NCBI GenBank assembly: GCA_046758365.1
Contig: JBHIAC010000015.1
Coordinates: forward strand, 1-38,162
Direction: 5' to 3'
DNA from: a bacterium
GTDB lineage: Bacteria; Zhuqueibacterota; Zhuqueibacteria; Oceanimicrobiales; Oceanimicrobiaceae
DNA: 38,162 nucleotides
Shown in pieces: positions 18,300 through 27,745 of this stretch (position 1 is the first letter of the stretch; every line of letters starts with the position of its first letter). The translations under genes were made by a program, and so were the position numbers. The notes under the pieces are model-generated. The model saw nothing but the letters and a program-made list of their open reading frames with translations, ran no database searches and was not told the DNA's origin.

Positions 18300-18848
18300 A
18301 TGGTAAAGAAGTTAGTATTAGGATTCGTTTTGGTGCCTCTTGTTTTCTTAACAGTGGGATTGAAGCAAAGTGCATTCAAAGGAGTAGAAATTCCTAAAAA
18401 GAAGAAAGCAGATAAGATTGTATGGACCACTTTCGATAAAGGAATTGAGTTAGCGAAGAAAGAAAATAAACTCTTAGTAGTGGATTTTTTTACAGACTGG
18501 TGCTACTGGTGCAAAGTGATGGATAAAGAAACTTATGCTAATAAAGAAGTAATAAAATTTGCTAAAGAAAACGTTATAATGGCCAAATTAAACGCGGAGA
18601 CCAATGAAAAATTTAAATTCAAAGATAAATACTATTCTGGTCGAGAGCTCACCATGATGTTTGGTGTAAGGGGGTTTCCTACTACAGTTTTTATGAATTC
18701 TAAGAGCGAATTAATCACTTCTGTTTCAGGTTATATACCAGCAGACAAGTTCATGATGATTCTCAAATATTTAGCGGACCACTGGTATGAAAAAATGAAA
18801 TTCGATGAATTTGTTAAAAAAGAAAAAGAGCAGAAAAATAAAAGTTGA
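18300..18848 (+). CDS. Exported thioredoxin-fold protein (DUF255/SoxW-like, CYWC)
   Basis: Signal/TM N-terminus; DFFTDWCYWCKVMD; cis-Pro loop GFPT; SD GAGGA before ATG 18300. Confidence 0.88.
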   Translation: MVKKLVLGFVLVPLVFLTVGLKQSAFKGVEIPKKKKADKIVWTTFDKGIELAKKENKLLVVDFFTDWCYWCKVMDKETYANKEVIKFAKENVIMAKLNAETNEKFKFKDKYYSGRELTMMFGVRGFPTTVFMNSKSELITSVSGYIPADKFMMILKYLADHWYEKMKFDEFVKKEKEQKNKS

Positions 18849-19077
18849 GGTTTATTCAAAAATCGACTGCCATTTGTGTGATGATGCTAAAGCTATTCTT
18901 CTGAAAGTTCAAAAAGTCCTCCCCTTTGATATTAAGGAAATCGATATAACCCAGGATAAGATACATTTTGAAGAATTTAAAGAGCAAATTCCAGTTATAT
19001 TTATTAATGATAGAAAGGCATTTAAATTCAAAGTAAATGAAGAAGAATTGAGAAGAAAGATAAAAAGGCTTTTATAG
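18805..19077 (+). CDS. Glutaredoxin-like protein (DUF836, CHLC)
   Basis: YSKIDCHLCDDA..EIDI..IPVIFIN; overlaps the upstream gene by 44 nt, so the start is uncertain. Confidence 0.85.
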   Translation: MNLLKKKKSRKIKVEVYSKIDCHLCDDAKAILLKVQKVLPFDIKEIDITQDKIHFEEFKEQIPVIFINDRKAFKFKVNEEELRRKIKRLL

Positions 19078-19156
19078 AGTAAGCAGACACAGAGAGGCAA
19101 ATCTATTGGCTGATAAAAATTCCAAATATATTATACGGAAATGAAATTTTTATTTA

Positions 19157-19183
19157 TGACGTAGGTACAAAGCACCAACGTCA
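19157..19183. mobile_element. Collapsed MITE family A copy (27 bp, ends only) with TTTA duplication
   Basis: TTTA-TGACGTAGGTAC-AAA-GCACCAACGTCA-TTTA. Confidence 0.65.
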
Positions 19184-19227
19184 TTTATTGAAGTATATTA
19201 TTAAAATACCTAAAAGGAGGTAACACT

Positions 19228-19854
19228 ATGGCTTATGAATGGATATTCAATCCAAGGCCTTATTCAGATGATGAGGCTAAGGATCTTTTAAGAGATGTAG
19301 TTTCTCCTGAAACGACCGATTGGCATTACAACACTCATCATAAAGGTTATGTTACGTTTTTGAATAAAATTGAGCAGGCTTTGGAAGGCGCAGATATGAG
19401 TGCCGCAAATGGAAACTGGAGTGAGTTTGGGGAGTTGAGGCGAAGATTCACCTGGAATCATTCTGGGGCATTACTGCATGATGTGTATTGGGAAGTGATG
19501 GGTGGTGATGGGGATGTAAACAAAGGGCCAGAGATAAAAGCAGCTATCGAAAAGCATTTTGATTCCGTGGACAATTGGAAAGCTGATTTTAAAGCTACTG
19601 CTTTTGCAGCAAAATTAAGTGGTTGGGGTCTACTGGTTTACGATGCCCTGTATTCCCAGCGGCTCTTAAATATTTTGGTTGATGAACATCAGTACGGCGC
19701 CATCTGGGGTGGTATTCCGCTCATTTCGTGTGATGTTTTTGAGCATGCCTATTATCACAAAGATGGCCCGGCTCGTGCGAAGTATATCGATAACTTTTTA
19801 AATAATTTGCATTGGGGAAGAATTAACGAGCGTTTTAAAAAGTATGTCAAATAG
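19228..19854 (+). CDS. sod: Fe/Mn superoxide dismutase
   Basis: Metal ligand motifs WHYNTHHKGY, LHDVYW and DVFEHAYY; SGWG; SD AAGGAGG. Confidence 0.93.
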   Translation: MAYEWIFNPRPYSDDEAKDLLRDVVSPETTDWHYNTHHKGYVTFLNKIEQALEGADMSAANGNWSEFGELRRRFTWNHSGALLHDVYWEVMGGDGDVNKGPEIKAAIEKHFDSVDNWKADFKATAFAAKLSGWGLLVYDALYSQRLLNILVDEHQYGAIWGGIPLISCDVFEHAYYHKDGPARAKYIDNFLNNLHWGRINERFKKYVK

Positions 19855-19876
19855 TTTTTCATTTTAATTTTAATAA

Positions 19877-19922
19877 AAATAAAAAAGCCTACCAATCATC
19901 TTCTTGGTAGGCTTTTTTATTT
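19877..19922. terminator. Bidirectional rho-independent terminator between convergent sod and TonB-receptor genes
   Basis: Perfect 19-bp IR AAATAAAAAAGCCTACCAA / TTGGTAGGCTTTTTTATTT. Confidence 0.9.
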
Positions 19923-19932
19923 AGCGATAATA

Positions 19933-22437
19933 TTAGAAATCTAATGTCATGCCTAATCGCAGCCGTCTTCCTAAATTTGAGTTAATGGGATCAAAGATTC
20001 GATAAGCCCTGATTCCTGTGTCATCGGTCACATCAATAATATTTTTTTCATTCAATAGATTTCTGATTTCAAAATATGGCTTCAATCTACCAGCCAATAT
20101 TTTGCTTTTATAAACCACCACTTTGATATCCAAAATATTTCTCCATGATAATCTTGCGTTATTGGGGGTAGGGCTTCCAGGCTCTGTAAAAGGAAGTGGA
20201 CTAAATAAGCGATATAAGACGTTAATTCTCCAATTACGGTTTTGAAAATCGGCGTCTAAAATTAAAGAATGTCTTTGGTCCCAACTTAGCGGAAATTCCT
20301 TATTTTGGCTATCTGGTGCGCCAAACACGGCAACCTTAAAATTATCTTCCGCAGTCGAACTTGTACCTTTAGCCTTCATATATGTATAACTCACTCTTCC
20401 AGAAAGATTTTTTGTGAATCGTTTTTGTAGTGTGATTTCCAGACCGGCAGCTCGGCCAAAAGCTGTATTTGTATATTGAGTGAAACCCACGGTTGGCGTC
20501 TCCGCATTTATTAAACTATCAGGAAGAATAAATGATTGGCTATCTATTAAATTAGTGAATTGCTTGGTAAATCCTGTGATGACAAGCAACAAATTATCTG
20601 CAACAACTCGCTTATAACTAAATTCAGAAGAGATGGTTTTAATGGGCTCCAGATCAACATTACCCATAATCGGCCAATAGCCTGTCAATTTATGTTCTGC
20701 GTTGCAGTATAAATAATACAATGGTGGTATCTGATAAAACCAACCATAATTTAAATGCAGCCTTTCATTGTCTGATAGAGGAATTGATATGCCGAGTCGT
20801 GGTGATAAAGTGGTATGGTTTACTGCTTCTGTATTCGAACGGGGCGCATTAACTAAAGCACGGAATTGTTGAAATTTTTGTGGTAGCTGCTCAATAACAA
20901 TTTGGGGTGCGAAAACATCGTAACGCGCACCAAAGTTAGCAGTTATACCATTAAGCTCAAATTTATCTTGTAAATACAGTGCAAAAAATTTAGGAAAATA
21001 TCGAAAATTATTGGTGGCTTTATTAAATACAATTAAGTTTTCTTCTCCTTGAAAAGGCAAAGTACTGAACCTGATACCTTGCGAACTTAAGTCATAATAT
21101 TGATAATCAAATCCTGTTTTTAACAGATGTTTAGAAGATACCTGACCAACGAGATCGAATTTAATAATTCCTACATTTTCTTTTGTTTCCTCTTGCCAAG
21201 GTTGTTCGCCGCTTAATATAGGACTCGTAGGATCTGAGGAGTCTTTGAAAATTAAATTTGGTGGATCGTCTTTTACAGACCCTAAAATGGACCGATTGTA
21301 GGAATAGCGAGCCACTCTAAAGGAAGAGAACAATCTTGGGCTAAATGTATGAGTCAGTGAAGCACTTAAGCGGTGGCTATAATGCCTCTGTTCTGCTAAA
21401 CCCTTTAGATTTAAACTCCACTGGGAATCGTACTTTCTCCAGTTCCAATTAGAAAGTAACCCTTGAAGAGTAAGAATAGTACTATTATCTAAATTAAAAG
21501 ACAGTTTCGAGTTGATATTATAATTTTTGAAAATTGGTGAGTTAAAAGCTTTTCTCATTTCTTTGCGTCTTGGAGTGTCGCTGAGATTGAGATCGGCGGA
21601 GATAAAATAATTGGCGTTTATAATTGGTCCGCCTAATCCAATAGTAAGGGGTCCGCCTACATTAAATTCCATTCTGCGAGTGTTGTCGTTGCCGGTTAGG
21701 CCTGTGTCAAAAAAGTCAGTATAGACTTTGACTTCTCCTTCTACTTGGTTTCGTCCATCTTTCGTAACTACATTGATAATTCCAGAGGTGGCCTGGCCAT
21801 ATTCTGCAGTGAAACCACCAGTCTGAACCATCATTTCAACGATGGAACTATTTGGAAAGTAACTTGATATTTCCCGGGATAGGCCGCCCTGAATTGGTAA
21901 ACCATCCAGCATATATAAAAGATCGGTTTCGCGTCCGCCTCTGAAATGATTTCCTACCACACCGGGCAGAAGAGAAACAGCCTCTTGATAAGAATCAATG
22001 GGAAGTTTATCATTAATTTCTTCTCTTGATATAAAATAAGTTGAAGAAGTGATCTCACTTTGAATTAATTCTCGCTGCTTGGTTACAACAATTTCTTTTA
22101 ATGGTAGAACTTCGGTAGACAAATAGAAGTTTAATTCAGTGTTTAAATCTACGTTAATTTTTACATCTTTCATAGTGAGTTTTGAGTAGCCGATCATGCT
22201 GACGCTAACGTCATAAGTGCCTGCTGGTAAATTGTGTATCATGTAAAATCCGTTTTTGTTTGCCATAGCGCCCATGGTCGTTTCTTCTACTACTATTGAA
22301 GCCCCAGGAAGTACAATACCTGTTTCCTTGTCTCTAACAAAGCCGGATAGAGTCCCTGTAATTCCGCTTTGAAGCAGAGTAGAAGAAGTGAGGATTAATA
22401 ATAAACAAATTACGGATGTGTAAAATTTACTCGACAA
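19933..22437 (-). CDS. TonB-dependent receptor with N-terminal carboxypeptidase-regulatory-like domain
   Basis: Signal peptide; GTLSGFVRDKETG..YDVSVSMIGY; plug motifs HFRGGR..YMLDG and GGFTAEYG..SGIINVVTK; C-terminal Phe; TTG start with SD GAGGA. Confidence 0.92.
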   Translation of the reverse strand: MSSKFYTSVICLLLILTSSTLLQSGITGTLSGFVRDKETGIVLPGASIVVEETTMGAMANKNGFYMIHNLPAGTYDVSVSMIGYSKLTMKDVKINVDLNTELNFYLSTEVLPLKEIVVTKQRELIQSEITSSTYFISREEINDKLPIDSYQEAVSLLPGVVGNHFRGGRETDLLYMLDGLPIQGGLSREISSYFPNSSIVEMMVQTGGFTAEYGQATSGIINVVTKDGRNQVEGEVKVYTDFFDTGLTGNDNTRRMEFNVGGPLTIGLGGPIINANYFISADLNLSDTPRRKEMRKAFNSPIFKNYNINSKLSFNLDNSTILTLQGLLSNWNWRKYDSQWSLNLKGLAEQRHYSHRLSASLTHTFSPRLFSSFRVARYSYNRSILGSVKDDPPNLIFKDSSDPTSPILSGEQPWQEETKENVGIIKFDLVGQVSSKHLLKTGFDYQYYDLSSQGIRFSTLPFQGEENLIVFNKATNNFRYFPKFFALYLQDKFELNGITANFGARYDVFAPQIVIEQLPQKFQQFRALVNAPRSNTEAVNHTTLSPRLGISIPLSDNERLHLNYGWFYQIPPLYYLYCNAEHKLTGYWPIMGNVDLEPIKTISSEFSYKRVVADNLLLVITGFTKQFTNLIDSQSFILPDSLINAETPTVGFTQYTNTAFGRAAGLEITLQKRFTKNLSGRVSYTYMKAKGTSSTAEDNFKVAVFGAPDSQNKEFPLSWDQRHSLILDADFQNRNWRINVLYRLFSPLPFTEPGSPTPNNARLSWRNILDIKVVVYKSKILAGRLKPYFEIRNLLNEKNIIDVTDDTGIRAYRIFDPINSNLGRRLRLGMTLDF

Positions 22438-22490
22438 AACAATTCCTCATCTAATATTTAATTTAATTAAGTAATATATATTTATTTTTT

Positions 22491-22506
22491 TGCAAATTAT
22501 ATGCCA
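22491..22506 (-). promoter_or_regulatory. sigma54 (-24/-12) promoter of the TonB-dependent receptor
   Basis: Minus strand reads TGGCATATAATTTGCA (GG-N10-GC), 54 bp upstream of the start. Confidence 0.75.
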
Positions 22507-22688
22507 ATTGATAAATTATTATACAATCTTTATAAAAAACAGAATAATTCAAATATAATTTGATTTAATATCAAAAAATGATTAATTTAAGTTTAAAAAA
22601 AATAATGGATAATCTTGATTCATGGATTTTTAGAATTAAAATTTCATAAAAATGGGGCGTACCAAAGAAACCGGATTAAATTGATGTA

Positions 22689-22725
22689 GTGCAAATTGTT
22701 ACACCAAAGGTGTAAATAATTGCAC
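22689..22725. promoter_or_regulatory. 37-bp palindrome, candidate tandem bEBP enhancer
   Basis: GTGCAAATTGTTACACC-AAA-GGTGTAAATAATTGCAC; contains two TGYAA-N4-TTRCA sites about 190 bp from the sigma54 promoter. Confidence 0.55.
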
Positions 22726-22761
22726 AATAAAAGTACAGTTGATGGTTAAAAGGCATCCCAA

Positions 22762-24036
22762 ATGTACAAAAATGATACAGTCCAATTCTTAATTAATCTG
22801 CAGAGGTTTGGATGGAGATTAGGACTCCATAATATAACTGGGTTGCTGGAAGAAATGGGTAATCCACATTTGCGATTCAAGAGCATTCACCTTGGGGGAA
22901 CGAATGGTAAAGGTTCTACGGCCGCCATGCTCGAATCCATTTTTAGACAGTCTGGCTATAAGACAGGACTCTATACCTCCCCTCATCTTCTGGATGAAAC
23001 GGAAAGAATTAAAGTTAAAGGGAGTTCAATAACCTGGGAAAATTTAAAATTTTATCTTAACCAAGTAAGGGATAAAATTCAAAGGTTAGAATGCACTTAT
23101 TTTGAAGCTCTGACTGCAGTAGCCTTTCAACATTTTGCAGATTCTTGTGTGGACGTGGCTTTTATTGAAGTTGGACTTGGTGGTAGATTTGATGCAACTA
23201 ATGTTATACGACCTCAACTTACTATCATTACCGAAATTGATTTGGATCACATGGAATATTTAGGGACTACTAAAAAGAGCATTGCTATCGAAAAAGCAGG
23301 AATCATAAAGATCAAAATACCCTGTCTGTCCGGGGCTACGAATCAAAAAGTTAAAGCAATTTTAGCTCATATTTCTAAAGAAAGAAATGCGAAGTTTTAT
23401 GATTTGAAAGATTTTTGTACACTTCATCCGAAAAATTTGACAGAAGAATTTTCTGAGTTCAAACTAATTTTTTCCGATAAGCAATATTATCATCTAAAAT
23501 TAGGTTTAGTTGGGAGGCATCAGATTAAAAACGCTGCTCTGGCTGTTGCGGCTGTTCAAATTCTTAACCAACAAAATTTTAATATAAAAAAAGAAGATAT
23601 ATACAAAGGCTTCGAGAAAATTTGTTGGCCAGGCCGTTTGCAAAAGTTGCAGAATAATCCTAAAATAGTTTTAGATGTAGCTCATAATCCGGCAGGAATG
23701 CGAAAGTTGGTTTCAGCCTTAAAAAGCATTTATCACTATGATCGACTGATATTTATAATTGGTATTCTTAAAGACAAAAATTATAAAGTTATGACAAAAA
23801 TAATTACTTCGGTAGCAGATTATATTTTTATTGTTACTCCATCAACCGAACGCTCGCTCCCTGGTGACCAACTTGCAAAAGAAATTGTTAAGTTTTCTGA
23901 TAAATTTCAAATTTGTCCAAATACCATGCATGCTTTTCAAACAGCCGTGTCTTTTTCTAACCAAAAAGATCTCATTTGTGTTACAGGATCTCATTATACT
24001 GTTGGGGAATTTTTAAAATGTTATAAAAACTCTTGA
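22762..24036 (+). CDS. folC: Bifunctional folylpolyglutamate synthase/dihydrofolate synthase
   Basis: GTNGKGS, YTSPHL, EVGLGGRFDATN, WPGRLQ, LDVAHNP and TGSHY motifs. Confidence 0.96.
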   Translation: MYKNDTVQFLINLQRFGWRLGLHNITGLLEEMGNPHLRFKSIHLGGTNGKGSTAAMLESIFRQSGYKTGLYTSPHLLDETERIKVKGSSITWENLKFYLNQVRDKIQRLECTYFEALTAVAFQHFADSCVDVAFIEVGLGGRFDATNVIRPQLTIITEIDLDHMEYLGTTKKSIAIEKAGIIKIKIPCLSGATNQKVKAILAHISKERNAKFYDLKDFCTLHPKNLTEEFSEFKLIFSDKQYYHLKLGLVGRHQIKNAALAVAAVQILNQQNFNIKKEDIYKGFEKICWPGRLQKLQNNPKIVLDVAHNPAGMRKLVSALKSIYHYDRLIFIIGILKDKNYKVMTKIITSVADYIFIVTPSTERSLPGDQLAKEIVKFSDKFQICPNTMHAFQTAVSFSNQKDLICVTGSHYTVGEFLKCYKNS

Positions 24037-24061
24037 CAAATAGGTTTATATTTATTAAATT
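24033..24061 (+). promoter_or_regulatory. sigma70-type promoter overlapping the folC stop
   Basis: TTGACA-17-TAAATT. Confidence 0.5.
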
Positions 24062-24881
24062 AAAAAAAATAAAAGAGACCCGGCTAATTTAGGTTGTTCC
24101 AACGTAAAAACTTCCCGTCATTTTAATTAATTCCATGTTTTATATGTCAATATGGCCCGTGTACTTTGAAAAATAGGGTTTTGTTAAAGCATTGACAAAC
24201 AGTGAAATGTAATTGCTAAAGCTGAGTTTTATTACTGAATGTGATTACGTGACATTTTATCCCCATAAGTTTTAATTAAGATAATTCTTTCAGTCTAATA
24301 TTGCGAAATAATACCAAAATAAATTCTTGAAATTAAAGCTCCCCTCAAGCGTTGACGATAATTAATATCATTAAAAGGGGGTGATTAAAAGCAATTTTTG
24401 GAGCGTTAATTATTTATTAATTGTAATCCATCCTGTAAAGGTAAAAGCTGATGTAAAATTTGTGGTAGAATTGGGGGAACCTATGGGAGGTAAAATTAGT
24501 TATAAAACCACATGGGTTTAAATCCATTTTTTGTCTGTTGAGATGCTTAATACGATAAATTATTTTGACAGTAAGGAAGAAAATCCATCATATTAAACGA
24601 ATCTTATTTTTTACACCTTCCTAGTTGATAACATCAATATAATTTTATTATTGTGTTGAGATAAATTTTAAGGAATAAAATTGATTGTTTTGTCGTTTTG
24701 ATTGCAAGTTAAAATAATTTAGTAAAAAAACTGCATATGTGTTTACCCCTGGATATTTGAAATACCGGAATTAATTCCATCTAGATAAACCACAAAGCAT
24801 CACCAATTTGAATCCCTATTTGGTTATTTGATTATTAACCATTAATTGTTTATAAGAAATAACAACTTTTTAAATTAAGGA

Positions 24882-26138
24882 ATGAGTCTTATGGATATTG
24901 CTGAATTAAAGACTTTGAGAATTTCTGAACTCGCAAAGGTGGCACAGGAATTGAATGTTTCTGGTGCTACTGGATTGAAAAAGCAGGAATTAATTTTTCG
25001 TATTTTAGCAGAACAGACTAAACAGGAAGGTTTGATATTTGCCGAAGGTGTGCTCGAAGTGCTTCCAGATGGTTACGGTTTCTTAAGGTCTCCTGATTAC
25101 AACTATCTGCCGGGCCCAGATGACATTTATGTTTCTCCTTCGCAAATTAAGAGATTTGGATTGCGAACAGGAGATACGGTGTCAGGACAAATTCGTCCCC
25201 CAAAAGAAAGTGAACGATTTTTTGCTCTTTTGAAGGTCGAAGCGGTCAATTTCGAGAATCCAGAAGAGGCTAAAAAGAAGATTCTTTTTGATAATTTAAC
25301 CCCGCTTTATCCCAATGATCAAATAAATCTGGAACATAACCGTCGCGATTATTCATCAAGAGTCATGAATTTATTGACTCCTATTGGAAAGGGTCAACGA
25401 GGATTAATTGTTGCTCAGCCAAAAACAGGTAAAACCACCTTGTTGCAAAAAATCGCCAATGCCGTTACTGACAATCACCCTGACATTAAAATGATCGTTT
25501 TGCTGATTGATGAACGACCCGAAGAGGTTACGGATATGGAGCGTTCGGTTAAAGCAGAGGTTATCAGTTCTACTTTCGATGAACCTCCTGACCGCCATGT
25601 TCAGGTAGCAGATATGGTTTTGGAAAAGGCAAAGCGGTTGGTTGAGTACGGACAAGATGTGGTCATTCTTTTAGACAGTATTACCCGATTAGCTAGAGCA
25701 CGCAATTCAGTAGTGCCACACAGTGGTAAAATCCTCTCAGGTGGCTTAGATGCAACAGCTCTAGAACGTCCAAAACGATTTTTTGGTGCAGCTAGAAATA
25801 TCGAAGAAGGTGGGAGTTTGACCATTATTGCTACTGCCCTCATTGAAACCGGCAGCCGTATGGATGAGGTGATTTTTGAAGAGTTTAAAGGAACAGGCAA
25901 TATGGAGCTCCAACTGGACCGTCGCCTTTCCGACCGTCGAATATTCCCAGCTATTGACGTGAATAGATCCGGGACAAGAAAAGAAGAACTTTTGCTGGAT
26001 GAATTTGAATTAAATCGCGTTTGGATTCTCCGTAAATTTCTAGCCGATTTATCTTCAGTAGAAGCTATGGAATTCCTCTTAGAAAGAATGCGAGGGACTA
26101 AATCTAATAGAGAGTTTTTGGAATCTATGAATACATAA
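24882..26138 (+). CDS. rho: Transcription termination factor Rho
   Basis: [35 protein letters not shown] and [10 protein letters not shown] motifs; alternative start 24891. Confidence 0.98.
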   Translation: MSLMDIAELKTLRISELAKVAQELNVSGATGLKKQELIFRILAEQTKQEGLIFAEGVLEVLPDGYGFLRSPDYNYLPGPDDIYVSPSQIKRFGLRTGDTVSGQIRPPKESERFFALLKVEAVNFENPEEAKKKILFDNLTPLYPNDQINLEHNRRDYSSRVMNLLTPIGKGQRGLIVAQPKTGKTTLLQKIANAVTDNHPDIKMIVLLIDERPEEVTDMERSVKAEVISSTFDEPPDRHVQVADMVLEKAKRLVEYGQDVVILLDSITRLARARNSVVPHSGKILSGGLDATALERPKRFFGAARNIEEGGSLTIIATALIETGSRMDEVIFEEFKGTGNMELQLDRRLSDRRIFPAIDVNRSGTRKEELLLDEFELNRVWILRKFLADLSSVEAMEFLLERMRGTKSNREFLESMNT

Positions 26139-26183
26139 GTTTATTTTTTAGAAAGTAGGCATCATTAATGGTGGAAATTTACC

Positions 26184-26212
26184 TTGCATTTAGAAATATT
26201 TTTAGCTATATT
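26184..26212 (+). promoter_or_regulatory. sigma70-type promoter of rpmE
   Basis: TTGCAT-17-TATATT. Confidence 0.55.
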
Positions 26213-26269
26213 AAAAATTAAATAAATTGTAAAATTTTAATTGGCGAATAGTGAAAATAGGAGACCAAG

Positions 26270-26557
26270 GTGAAAGCCAACATTCATCCTGAATATAAAA
26301 TTGGAACGGTTACTTGTGCTTGTGGTAATACTTTTCAGGTTCGCACGACAGTAGGAGATTTAAAAGTAGAGATTTGTTCTGCTTGTCATCCATTTTTTAC
26401 TGGAAAACAGAAGCTGGTAGATTCAGCAGGTCGAGTTGAAAAGTTTATGAAAAAATATGGATTAACTGATGATAAAAGCAAATCCAATAAAAATGTTTCA
26501 ACCGAATCGAATTCAATAACTGAAGAGGTAAAGGAAGAATCTTTAGTAAAATCTTAG
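26270..26557 (+). CDS. rpmE: 50S ribosomal protein L31 (Zn-binding type) with C-terminal extension
   Basis: [34 protein letters not shown] start with SD AGGAG. Confidence 0.97.
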   Translation: MKANIHPEYKIGTVTCACGNTFQVRTTVGDLKVEICSACHPFFTGKQKLVDSAGRVEKFMKKYGLTDDKSKSNKNVSTESNSITEEVKEESLVKS

Positions 26558-26575
26558 CTATTTTTTGAAAAATGT

Positions 26576-26617
26576 AAACGGGATGTGTGCCTTAGTGGGG
26601 CCCATTCCGTTTTTTTT
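26576..26617 (+). terminator. Rho-independent terminator after rpmE
   Basis: AAACGGGATG...CATTCCGT followed by a run of Ts. Confidence 0.65.
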
Positions 26618-26656
26618 GTGTTAAATGGTATTTTAAAAATAAAAATAGAGTTTTGG

Positions 26657-27631
26657 ATGTCTAATCAAAATATACAAGTTGGTGGGCAGGCGGTTATCGA
26701 AGGGGTTATGATGCGCTCCCATGATACTTTTTCCGTTGCTGTGCGTCGTCAGGATGGAACTATTTTTGTCAAAAAACAGCCGTTTGTATCCTATGTAAAA
26801 AGATTCAAAATTTTATCTTTTCCTATTTTGAGAGGGGCGGTAGTTTTGATCGAATCTTTAATTTTAGGGGTAAAGGCATTAGCATTTTCTGGTGATGTTG
26901 CTATGGAAGATGAAAAAACAAAGGATGCAAAAAATAATCGAGAACTCAAAACACCAACTCAAAAGAGTCTATTTTCAAAATTGTGGTTGGCAGTAATGGT
27001 TTTGTTTGCTCTTGTTTTAGGGCTTTTTATTTTCTTTTATGTGCCGCTCATTCTCACTGAGCTTTTGGGCGCGAATACCGGTTTTATGTTCAATTTAATT
27101 GATGGTATTGTGCGATTAGGCATATTTCTTATGTATCTGGGATTGATTACTTTAATGAAAGACATACGAAGAATTTTTGAATATCATGGTGCAGAGCACA
27201 AAAGTATTCATGCATTTGAAAATAAGAAGAAACTTATTCCATCTGAGGCCAAACTTTTCACTAGATTTCATCCCCGATGTGGAACGAGCTTCCTGCTAAT
27301 TGTCATGATTGTAAGTATTTTTGTCTTTATGTTTTTGGGTAAACCTCACGATTTAGATGATAGACTGTTTCGGTTGACATTCATCCCCTTAATTGCTGGC
27401 ATATCATACGAGATGATTCGTCTTTCGGGCAGGGAGTCAAATAATAAATTTTGGAAACCCTTTATTTTACCTGGTCTATGGTTGCAAAAATTAACTACTA
27501 AAGAGCCGGATGAAAATCAGTTGGAAGTAGCGATTGTTGCGCTAAAATGTGCTTTAGGAGAGAATATTTTAGATCATCAAGGCGTAGTGTTAGAAGGACA
27601 GGAGTCTTCTCAGTTTGAGTTAGTGGTCTGA
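26657..27631 (+). CDS. DUF1385 (YqhQ-like) membrane protein
   Basis: VGGQAVIEGVMMR, EYHGAEHK, HPRCGTSF and LTTKEPD motifs. Start reset to ATG 26657 because the longer frame overlaps the terminator. Confidence 0.92.
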   Translation: MSNQNIQVGGQAVIEGVMMRSHDTFSVAVRRQDGTIFVKKQPFVSYVKRFKILSFPILRGAVVLIESLILGVKALAFSGDVAMEDEKTKDAKNNRELKTPTQKSLFSKLWLAVMVLFALVLGLFIFFYVPLILTELLGANTGFMFNLIDGIVRLGIFLMYLGLITLMKDIRRIFEYHGAEHKSIHAFENKKKLIPSEAKLFTRFHPRCGTSFLLIVMIVSIFVFMFLGKPHDLDDRLFRLTFIPLIAGISYEMIRLSGRESNNKFWKPFILPGLWLQKLTTKEPDENQLEVAIVALKCALGENILDHQGVVLEGQESSQFELVV

Positions 27632-27639
27632 TGAATCTT

Positions 27640-27719
27640 TGACCTTGGTACAAAAAGCTAACTTTTTGAATTCTTGTAAAAATCCCTATCTCTTATATCT
27701 TATTAAAAGGTTAGTTTTT
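27640..27719. repeat. Degenerate MITE-like element
   Basis: Left end TGACCTTGGTACAAAAA resembles family A; IR AAAAAGCTAACTTTT / AAAAGGTTAGTTTTT resembles family B. Confidence 0.5.
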
Positions 27720-27745
27720 AAGTGAATTAATATGGAGTGAATGGA

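Noticed and set aside
18805..18848. Programmed -1 frameshift fusing thioredoxin and glutaredoxin at AAAAAAG
   Set aside because: The glutaredoxin is in the +1 frame relative to the thioredoxin, so a -1 slip would not fuse them.
24037..24881. Replication origin
   Set aside because: Only one near-consensus DnaA box; no box cluster or dnaA/gidA context.
26585..26656. N-terminal extension of the DUF1385 ORF
   Set aside because: Starts inside the rpmE terminator hairpin; the family motif begins right after ATG 26657.
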